From a virus (taxonomy: Duplodnaviria; Caudoviricetes), in IMG/VR virus record IMGVR_UViG_3300044759_000069, positions 1 to 34,269 of that record: a DNA stretch of 34,269 nt, one strand, 5' to 3'. Positions 9,387 to 16,399 of this stretch are shown one piece after another. The notes beneath the pieces are model-generated. The model searched no databases and had not been told where the DNA came from. It was given only the letters and a program-made list of their open reading frames with translations. Each line of letters starts with the position of its first letter. Position 1 is the first letter of the stretch. The position numbers and the translations under genes were made by a program.

Positions 9387-9783
9387 TCGCTGGGTGCCGC
9401 CGACGGCGGTGGAGACGCCGGAGCGCGGCGCCCCCCCTCTCGGGACGCCCGAAGACGGTGAGCAGCTCGAGGAGCGCGAGGACGAGCTCGAGGAGCTCCC
9501 CGAGGACGACGAGGAGCTCGAGGTCGAGCTCCCCGAAGACGAGGAACCAGTCCCTCCCAGTTCCGAGCGTCAGGCCAGGCTGGCTGCGGCGCGCGCCCTG
9601 GCGCCGGCTGGGGCGCATTGGGCGGCCGTGTGGATGGCCGGCCGGGACGCGGCCGTGAACGCGCTCGAGAGCGGCGCCAGCATCGCCAGCGTGTACGCGC
9701 TGACGCCACCCGAGGAAGCCGGCTGCAGAGACTGCTGGATGCGCGGTCGCGACGCCGCGCTGCGGCTGATCCAGGGAGTATGA
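9373..9783 (+). CDS. Acidic hypothetical protein with duplicated WMxGRDAA motif
   Basis: GAGGAGG SD, overlap with portal stop, Glu-rich N-terminal half, WMAGRDAA and WMRGRDAA. Confidence 0.7.
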   Translation: MSERDRWVPPTAVETPERGAPPLGTPEDGEQLEEREDELEELPEDDEELEVELPEDEEPVPPSSERQARLAAARALAPAGAHWAAVWMAGRDAAVNALESGASIASVYALTPPEEAGCRDCWMRGRDAALRLIQGV

Positions 9784-10013
9784 CCATGGCCGAGGATGTG
9801 GTCGTCCGTCCGCTCACGGCACGACAGCGTGACGTCCTGCGGGAGATCGTCCGCTACTACCGGGCGATCGGCGTGGCTCCATCCCAATACTTCGTCGCGC
9901 GGCGCCTGGGGATGTCGAGACCACGCGTGCAGCAGCAGCTCACGGCCCTTTACGAGAAGGGCTGGCTGCTCACGCCATCCACAAGCGGGCTGCGCTGCGT
10001 GCACATGCCGTAG
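9780..10013 (+). CDS. Stand-alone LexA-N-like winged-helix DNA-binding protein (about 77 aa)
   Basis: LTARQRDVLREIVRYYRAIGVAPSQYFVARRLGMSRPRVQQQLTALYEKGWL follows the LexA DNA-binding domain pattern; no peptidase domain. Start is 9780 or 9786. Confidence 0.85.
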   Translation: MTMAEDVVVRPLTARQRDVLREIVRYYRAIGVAPSQYFVARRLGMSRPRVQQQLTALYEKGWLLTPSTSGLRCVHMP

Positions 10014-10017
10014 CCGT

Positions 10018-10065
10018 ACCCCCCCTATCCAAAATGGATAGACCCCCCCTATCCAATTTGGATAG
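10018..10065. promoter_or_regulatory. Tandem 24-bp repeat, each copy carrying the 17-bp palindrome CTATCCA-N3-TGGATAG (operator-like)
   Basis: ACCCCCCCTATCCAAAATGGATAG (10018-10041) and ACCCCCCCTATCCAATTTGGATAG (10042-10065), between the wHTH gene and the capsid gene. Confidence 0.8.
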
Positions 10066-10102
10066 TTCCCCGGAGTAAACGCGAGACGAACCATGCGGGC
10101 AC

Positions 10103-12310
10103 ATGGCGAAATTGCCGCCCGCAGTCGCTCCGACCCCTCGTTCCCCGTGCATCGTCGACATGCCTCCGCTCTCGATCCGAGCGGAGGTCGTTCCTCCCTC
10201 TTCGGCCAACGACGAGACCCGTGAAGTAGACCTGACCTTTACCACGGGCGCGGGGGTCGAGCGCTACGACTGGGCGAACGACAAGCGCTACCTCGAGGTT
10301 CTCAGCCTCGACCCGGCGCACGTGCGCCTCGAGCGCTTGAACCAGGGCGGCCCCCTCCTCGATTCCCACAGCGCGTGGTCGGTCGCCGACATGCTCGGCG
10401 CTGTCGTGCCGGGCAGCGTGACCCTCGCGAAGGGCCAGGCGCGCGCCCGCGTGCGTTTCTCGAAGCGCGCGGCCGTCGACGACATCTGGCAGGACGTTCG
10501 GGACGGCCTCGTCCGGTCGGTGAGCGTCGGCTATCGCATCCACAGGTACGAAGAGGCCGAAGGCAAGGGGAACAAGCTCGCCGTCCGCACGGCGACCGAC
10601 TGGGAACCCTTCGAAATCTCGATGGTGCCGATCCCGGCGGACGCCGGCGCCATGGCCCGCGGCGCGAAGCCGGCCGACACCAATCAATGCGAAATCGTGA
10701 CGGGCGCCGAGGCGGCGCCGTCCCTCCCGTCTCAGCCCCCCAAGAAGGAGAAATCCATGGAACCCCTCAGCAACGAGCGCTCGGAGTACCTCGTCGAAGA
10801 GCCGGCACCGATCGTGCGCAGGCCCGCACCCGAGCCAGTCGAGCCGTCCGATGCGGACCGCGCCGCGGAGCGCGAGCGCAAGCGTTGCTGGGGGATCATC
10901 TCGGGCTGTTCGGCGGTCAGGCTCCACCCCGACTTCCAGAACCGCCTCATCCAGAGCGGCGTCTCTCTCGAAGACGCTCAGACGCAGATCTTCGAAGAGG
11001 TGCGGAAGCGAGGCCGGGACGACGAGGGCCCCGGCCGTTCGCCCGGCGGCGTCGGCATTGTGGAGCGTGGCTTCGAGGACCCGCTCGTCCACAAACGGAG
11101 TGGGATCGAGAACGCGATCCTGCACCGCGTCGCCCCGGAGTATTTCAAGGTCAACGATGAAGGCCGGGCCTACATCGGCCTGTCGATGCTGGACATCGGG
11201 AAGCTGTACCTGAACTCGATCGGCATCCGCACCACATCCATGAGCAAGTCGCAGCTCGCCGAGGCGATGCTCGTGAAGCGCGGGGGCATGCACACGACTT
11301 CAGATTTCCCGTCGCTGCTGGCCGACGTCGCGAACAAGACGCTTCGCGCCGCGTACGACGCGGCCCCCCAGACCTGGCGGCCATTCGCCAAGATGATCTC
11401 GGCTTCCGACTTCAGGGCCCTCAACGTCCTGCAGATCGGTGATGCGCCGGAGCTGCTCGAGGTGCTCGAGCATGGCGAGTTCACGAGCGGCACCATCACC
11501 GAATCGAAGGAGACGGTGCGTCTGAAGACGTGGGGCCGAATCTTCGCGATCACCCGCCAGGCCTTGATCAACGACGACCTCGGTGCATTCGCCGAGATCC
11601 CGGCGGCGTTCGGCCGCAAGTCGGCGGACAAGATGAGCGATCTCGCGTGGTCAATCATCACCACGAACGCCGCGCTGGCCGACGGCTTCAACCTGTTCAG
11701 CTCCAACCACGCGAACCTCTCGGCTACGTCCGATCCGATCACCGTCGCGTCCCTCGGCGCCGCTCGTGCCGCGATGCGCCAACAGAAGGGCATTGACGGT
11801 TCAACGCCGATGAACCTGGTCGCGCGGTACCTGATCGTGCCGGCGAGCCTGGAGACCATCGCGGACCAGTACGTCTCCGTCATCACGCCCGGACAGACCA
11901 CAAACGCGAATCCCTTCCAGCCGGGCGGCCGCACGCCGCTGACGGTGATCGCCGAGTCCCGCCTCGACGCCAACAGCATCCTCGCCTGGTACGTGGCGGC
12001 GGATGCCAGCCAGGTCCCGCTCCTGCACTTCGTAACCCTCGACGGCCAGGAGGGCCCCGAGGTCCGGCAGATGGAGGGCTTCGACGTCGACGGCATCAAG
12101 TACCGCTGTCGTCTCGATGTGAACTTCGCGGCCGCGGACTATCGGGCGGGGTACAAGAACCCCGGAGCAGCACCAGCTCCCGGTCTTTTGACTTCGCCGT
12201 CACCCATGGGGGGTCGGGTACCGGAACCCCAGGTAAAAGAACGCGTCGTCGTCGAAGGCCAGCAGCAGACAGGAGAAACGCGCGATGAAAAACTACGTCC
12301 AAGACGGTAA
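10103..12310 (+). CDS. Fused HK97-type prohead protease and major capsid protein
   Basis: Protease motifs PLLDSH, VSVGYRI, WEPFEISMVPIPAD; capsid motifs HTTSDFPSLL, WGRIFAITRQALINDDLGAF, LIVPASLE, YRAGYKNPGA. Start could be 10160. Confidence 0.93.
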   Translation: MAKLPPAVAPTPRSPCIVDMPPLSIRAEVVPPSSANDETREVDLTFTTGAGVERYDWANDKRYLEVLSLDPAHVRLERLNQGGPLLDSHSAWSVADMLGAVVPGSVTLAKGQARARVRFSKRAAVDDIWQDVRDGLVRSVSVGYRIHRYEEAEGKGNKLAVRTATDWEPFEISMVPIPADAGAMARGAKPADTNQCEIVTGAEAAPSLPSQPPKKEKSMEPLSNERSEYLVEEPAPIVRRPAPEPVEPSDADRAAERERKRCWGIISGCSAVRLHPDFQNRLIQSGVSLEDAQTQIFEEVRKRGRDDEGPGRSPGGVGIVERGFEDPLVHKRSGIENAILHRVAPEYFKVNDEGRAYIGLSMLDIGKLYLNSIGIRTTSMSKSQLAEAMLVKRGGMHTTSDFPSLLADVANKTLRAAYDAAPQTWRPFAKMISASDFRALNVLQIGDAPELLEVLEHGEFTSGTITESKETVRLKTWGRIFAITRQALINDDLGAFAEIPAAFGRKSADKMSDLAWSIITTNAALADGFNLFSSNHANLSATSDPITVASLGAARAAMRQQKGIDGSTPMNLVARYLIVPASLETIADQYVSVITPGQTTNANPFQPGGRTPLTVIAESRLDANSILAWYVAADASQVPLLHFVTLDGQEGPEVRQMEGFDVDGIKYRCRLDVNFAAADYRAGYKNPGAAPAPGLLTSPSPMGGRVPEPQVKERVVVEGQQQTGETRDEKLRPRR

Positions 12311-12626
12311 CACCCTCGAACTCACGGCGCCCGTCGGCGGCGTCGTCAGTGGCACGGCGTACAAGATCGACTCCCTCGTCGTTGTCGCCACAGTCACGGC
12401 CGCCGCCGGCGCAAAATTCTCGGCACAGGTGACGGGTGTCGTCGAAGTGCCGAAGGAATCCGGCGCCGGCGATGCCTGGACCGAGCTCGCCAAGATCTAC
12501 TGGGACGACATCGCGAAAAAGTTCACGAAGACTTCCACGGCGAACACGCTCGTCGGCGTGGCGACGAAAGCCGCCGGCGACAACGATACGACCGGTCACG
12601 TTCGGTTGGATGGAGTCGCCCGCTAA
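12285..12626 (+). CDS. DUF2190 family capsid cement/decoration protein
   Basis: MKNYVQDGNTLELTAPVGGVVSG, GVVEVPK, KIYWD, VRLDG; follows capsid gene; AGGAG SD. Confidence 0.88.
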   Translation: MKNYVQDGNTLELTAPVGGVVSGTAYKIDSLVVVATVTAAAGAKFSAQVTGVVEVPKESGAGDAWTELAKIYWDDIAKKFTKTSTANTLVGVATKAAGDNDTTGHVRLDGVAR

Positions 12627-12638
12627 CGCGGTGACACG

Positions 12639-13328
12639 ATGGATGCCGGCTCCCATTCCTTCGGCGCCGGCGTCCCTGTAGTTCTCCACGGTCGCCAAAA
12701 CGTGTTGACCTTCGCCCCCCGCCTCTGGCCGGAATCGACTGTGGTCTGCATCGGCTGTGGGCCGAGCCTCACCCAGTCAGATGTCGAGCTCGTGCACAAC
12801 GCCCACGCCGCGGGCTGCATCTACGTCATCGCCATCAACGCCGCGATTCGCTTGGCGCCCTGGGCGGATCTGCGTTACGCCTATCACGCCGTCGACTGGG
12901 ACCGACCGGAAGACCGCGAGCTGCTCGCCAACTTCAAGGGCCTGCGGTTCGGCGTCGAGGGTGAGACAGCGAAGTACGGCGTTACGGTGATGCGTATCGA
13001 GAACGGCGGCGGCCTCCAGGTCCAACGGCGCGACACGATCAAGCACGGGAAGAACAGCGGGTATCAGGCCATCAATCTCGCTGTCCACCTCGGAGCGCGT
13101 CGCATCGTCCTTCTCGGCTACGACCTCAAGCGCAGCCTCGACGGCCGGCTGCACTTCTATCCGTGCAGTGGGAAGGCCGGGAAGAACGAGTTCACCGACT
13201 GGAAGCACTATTTCGCGACCCTCCCGAAGGCGCTGCGTGCGGTCGGTGTGGAGGTGGTGAACGCGACACGAGACACGGACCTCACGGTGTTCCCGCGCGT
13301 CTCTCTCGAGGAGGCGCTGCTGTGCTGA
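12639..13328 (+). CDS. Glycosyltransferase-like Rossmann protein (DUF115/MptE/Maf or sialyltransferase-like)
   Basis: VVCIGCGPSL, VIAINAA, NSGYQAINLAVHLGARRIVLLGYD, VVNAT...FPRVSLEEAL. Confidence 0.72.
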   Translation: MDAGSHSFGAGVPVVLHGRQNVLTFAPRLWPESTVVCIGCGPSLTQSDVELVHNAHAAGCIYVIAINAAIRLAPWADLRYAYHAVDWDRPEDRELLANFKGLRFGVEGETAKYGVTVMRIENGGGLQVQRRDTIKHGKNSGYQAINLAVHLGARRIVLLGYDLKRSLDGRLHFYPCSGKAGKNEFTDWKHYFATLPKALRAVGVEVVNATRDTDLTVFPRVSLEEALLC

Positions 13329-13720
13329 ACGATGTCATCCGCGATGCGGTCGCGCTCGCTGCCGCAAGTACGACGGACATCCAGGAGCCGGTCGAGTGGT
13401 GGCCGTGGATCGGCCTGGACGCCGACGAGCGTCCGAAATACGCCGACGCCCCTTTCGTCCTGGCCGGTTTCGTGGAACGGGAACCCGGCGTCATCAATCT
13501 GCCTTCCGGCGAGGTGATCGAGTACTCCCACCACATCGCGTTCATGGGGCCCGTCGCACCCCACGGCGCCGACCACCGGAAAGAGCCCATCGATCCGAGG
13601 GACAAGTTCGTGCTCGCTGATGGCACCTCGAGCCCGGTGGTGCGCGTGAAGCCGGCCCTCTGGGATGTGACGACGCATGCCGGATTCGGGTATGAGGTTT
13701 GGCTGGGGGTGCGGCGGTGA
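13322..13720 (+). CDS. Putative head-closure / head-tail adaptor (132 aa)
   Basis: GAGGAGG SD, GTG 13322, position, IDPRDKFVLADG beta-barrel-type motif. Confidence 0.62.
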   Translation: MLNDVIRDAVALAAASTTDIQEPVEWWPWIGLDADERPKYADAPFVLAGFVEREPGVINLPSGEVIEYSHHIAFMGPVAPHGADHRKEPIDPRDKFVLADGTSSPVVRVKPALWDVTTHAGFGYEVWLGVRR

Positions 13721-14142
13721 TCGCCATTGCCCCCGCCATCAAGACGCTGTTGCTCGAGAGCCCGGCTGTCGTCGCGCTCGTGGGCCCGCGCGTATACGAC
13801 GACCGCATCCCGACACGCGACACCCTCCCCGGGCCGACGCTTGTCCTCACGGTATGGCCGATGCTCGCGCAGCAGTCGTCGGAAGGCGCCACAGGACTCG
13901 AAGACCATCGTCTGCAGCTCGACGCCTACGCAGGCACGCGTTCGGCGGCGGACGGGCTCATGGCGACGGCATCCGCGGCGCTCGCATCCTCGGCGGTGAA
14001 TCCTGGCGAGCGCATCGTCGCCGGCGTCCGCATTCAACGAATCATGGAAAGCGGCGGCCCTGGCGCGCCCACCGACGAGCAGGACACGCGACTTTCGCGC
14101 CGCATGCAGACGTTCAGGATTTCGGCCGCACGCGCGGCATAG
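13717..14142 (+). CDS. Tail terminator / tail completion protein (DUF3168-like)
   Basis: GTGA overlap; LLESPAVVALVGPRVY...RLQLDAYA motif. Confidence 0.82.
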   Translation: MIAIAPAIKTLLLESPAVVALVGPRVYDDRIPTRDTLPGPTLVLTVWPMLAQQSSEGATGLEDHRLQLDAYAGTRSAADGLMATASAALASSAVNPGERIVAGVRIQRIMESGGPGAPTDEQDTRLSRRMQTFRISAARAA

Positions 14143-14150
14143 GAGGCCTT

Positions 14151-14672
14151 ATGGCGCTCAGCGGCAGCATCTCGGTCGGGATCAACCTGAGGAAGACCAC
14201 ATCCGCCGAGCTCGGCTCCGCGCCGTGGTCGATGACCGCGGCCTGGGCGAAGACGCTCACCGATGGCACGGGCCTCAACCAGGCGAACAAGGTCGTCGCC
14301 GAGAAGGTGACGCTCGCCGGATCCGGCACGGTGACGTACGACCTCGACAGCGGTGCCCTCTCTGACCCGTCCGGCGTCTCCGGCGGCGTCGTGGCGGCGA
14401 TCACCCGCGTGGTGGCCCTTGCGGTCCGGCGCACCGGCGCGCCCGCGGCGTCGACGCAGGACGAGGACGTCCACCTCAAGGGCAGCTTCATTACGACGCT
14501 GCTGGGAAACGCCGGCGCCGCGCTCCCCATCGGGCCTGGGGGCATGTTCGTCTACGTGTTCCCGGCGGCCGAGGGCGTCGTCGTCACGCCGTCCACGGGA
14601 GACCAGCTCACGCTCGAGAACATGTCCACCACGGATTCGGTGGAGCTGGAGGTCATTCTCGTCGGCTCGTAA
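14151..14672 (+). CDS. Putative minor structural protein (173 aa)
   Basis: AGGAGG SD at 14141-14146; DGTGLNQAN...TLAGSGTVTYDL...VTPSTGDQL beta-rich pattern; located in the neck/tail module. Confidence 0.7.
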   Translation: MALSGSISVGINLRKTTSAELGSAPWSMTAAWAKTLTDGTGLNQANKVVAEKVTLAGSGTVTYDLDSGALSDPSGVSGGVVAAITRVVALAVRRTGAPAASTQDEDVHLKGSFITTLLGNAGAALPIGPGGMFVYVFPAAEGVVVTPSTGDQLTLENMSTTDSVELEVILVGS

Positions 14673-14714
14673 ATCAGCGTCGGCTGGTATTCAGCCCCGC
14701 AGAAGGAGGATGTC

Positions 14715-15158
14715 ATGGCAACGCCGGCGACGCTCGCGAAGCACACGATGGGGACCAAGATTTACGTCGAGGACCCCGATACCCCGGGCAGTTTCATCCA
14801 GGCGAAGGAGTGCACCACGCCCCCGAGCGTGGGGGACACGGCGCCACTCGTCAAGACGACGTTCTCGGACGCGCTGCGCGAGACCTACATCACGGGACGC
14901 GGAGACGGCGACCAGCCGACGCTGAAGTTCAATTTCATTCCCGACGACCCGGGCCAGCTCGCCATTCGTGGTTACAAGGCGGCCGCCACCAACTTCCAGA
15001 TGCGCGTCGTTGTCCCGGTGGTGCCCGAGCTCATCCTCGGTTTCGAGGCCGTGCCGCTGCGCGCTGCCATCGATCCATCGAACATCGACGGCCAGGTGGT
15101 GCTCGAGTTCATTTACAAAGTGAACGGCGAGATCGACGAAAGCGCGACGCTCTCGTAG
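14715..15158 (+). CDS. Major tail tube protein
   Basis: AAGGAGG SD; KTTFSDALRETYITGRGDGDQPTLKFNFIPDDPGQ resembles siphovirus tube proteins; precedes chaperone and TMP. Confidence 0.85.
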   Translation: MATPATLAKHTMGTKIYVEDPDTPGSFIQAKECTTPPSVGDTAPLVKTTFSDALRETYITGRGDGDQPTLKFNFIPDDPGQLAIRGYKAAATNFQMRVVVPVVPELILGFEAVPLRAAIDPSNIDGQVVLEFIYKVNGEIDESATLS

Positions 15159-15162
15159 ACCC

Positions 15163-15687
15163 ATGGCCGCCGAGATCAAGATCTTGATCGATGGTCAGGC
15201 GTTCGCCCTCGACGACGATGGTATGGCCGCCATCGCTGCGCTGCGCATGCCGCGCGACTATCGCGGGGCGGAGCCGGCGAACGCGTACGGCGACGTGCCC
15301 GTCGAGATCGCCGGCGACACGTACACGCTTCGCATCGGCAATCGCGAGTGGTGGCGCGCCGAGGAGGTGTTCAAGAAGAAAGGCGTCCAGGCCATCGTCG
15401 ATCACGTGAACGCGAGCGAGCGCGCCCTGGCCGAGTTCTATCTGATCGCCCTGTCGCGGCATCACGGCAAGCTGATGACCATCGAGAAGGTCGGCGAGCT
15501 CATGGACTGGAGGCCTGCGGATGGGCAGCCGTCGTTGCGTGATGCGCTCGAGCGCGCGCTGACGTTCTCGCGCCCGAAACAGTTCCCGGCGGATGAGCCG
15601 GACCCAAAAGCGCAAGCGGCCCTGATGGCCGCGCTGTTGGCGAAGGCGGCGACGACGAGCCACAAGGAATCGACGGCCACTACCTGA
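15163..15687 (+). CDS. Tail assembly chaperone (gpG equivalent)
   Basis: Follows tail tube gene; YTLRIGNREWWRAEEVF; contains slippery C CCA AAA. Confidence 0.8.
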   Translation: MAAEIKILIDGQAFALDDDGMAAIAALRMPRDYRGAEPANAYGDVPVEIAGDTYTLRIGNREWWRAEEVFKKKGVQAIVDHVNASERALAEFYLIALSRHHGKLMTIEKVGELMDWRPADGQPSLRDALERALTFSRPKQFPADEPDPKAQAALMAALLAKAATTSHKESTATT

Positions 15688-15992
15688 GGACCGCCCTCCG
15701 CGCGGGGATGCTCCTCGCCGACTTCTGGGAAGCCACGATCACGGAGACGCACATGTTCATTCAGGCGTACCGATGGCGCTTGGACGAGCAGCGCAGAACG
15801 ATGATGTGGCACGCATGGCATACCGCGGCGCTCGCCGGCGCCAGCTTCGGACAGGGTGGCATCCCCGCATTGTCGAGCCTTCTGCCGGCCAGGCCGGGCC
15901 CTCGGCCACGGGCCCTGACGCTCGATCAAGAGGCAACCCTCTGGCGCGCCTGGGCGCAGGAGCACAACCTCAAGCGCAGGCGGCCCTCGTGA
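15603..15992 (+). CDS. Tail assembly chaperone -1 frameshift extension (gpT equivalent)
   Basis: X XXY YYZ heptamer CCCAAAA at 15603-15609. The -1 frame is open for 35 codons into the 15708..15992 ORF (DFWEAT...AWHTAAL). Confidence 0.8.
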   Translation, partial: PKSASGPDGRAVGEGGDDEPQGIDGHYLRTALRAGMLLADFWEATITETHMFIQAYRWRLDEQRRTMMWHAWHTAALAGASFGQGGIPALSSLLPARPGPRPRALTLDQEATLWRAWAQEHNLKRRRPS

Positions 15993-16396
15993 TCAAGCTC
16001 TCGGCGAAGGTCACGAACACTGCGAGCTCGGCCCTCGACGGGCTCCTGCGTCGGTTCGAGGACCAGCAGCAGCTCAGTCGCGACGCGATGGAGGCGGCGG
16101 GTCCGGTGGCCGATGCGGCGCGCGGGACCATTGCACGCAAGACCGGGCGCACCGGGGACCAGATCACCACGTGGTCGAACCCGGAGGCCGGCCAGGGTGA
16201 GTTCAGCGTCTTCGTCGGCATCCCCGGGCCCGAGGTCAATGGGTCGAGGAGCCGCGCCTACATCGGCCACTTCCTCGAGTTCGGCACGTCGAAGATGAGG
16301 GCACAGCCTTGGCTTCGTCCAGCCGACGACGCCCACGGCGGATCTCGTCTCATGCAGCGCTTCGCTGCAATCCTGCAGCGGCGGATCGGGCGGTGA
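15989..16396 (+). CDS. HK97 gp10-like tail component (135 aa)
   Basis: RKTGRT...YIGHFLEFGTSKMRAQPWLRPA signature; GTGA overlap. Confidence 0.88.
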   Translation: MIKLSAKVTNTASSALDGLLRRFEDQQQLSRDAMEAAGPVADAARGTIARKTGRTGDQITTWSNPEAGQGEFSVFVGIPGPEVNGSRSRAYIGHFLEFGTSKMRAQPWLRPADDAHGGSRLMQRFAAILQRRIGR

Positions 16397-16399
16397 TGC

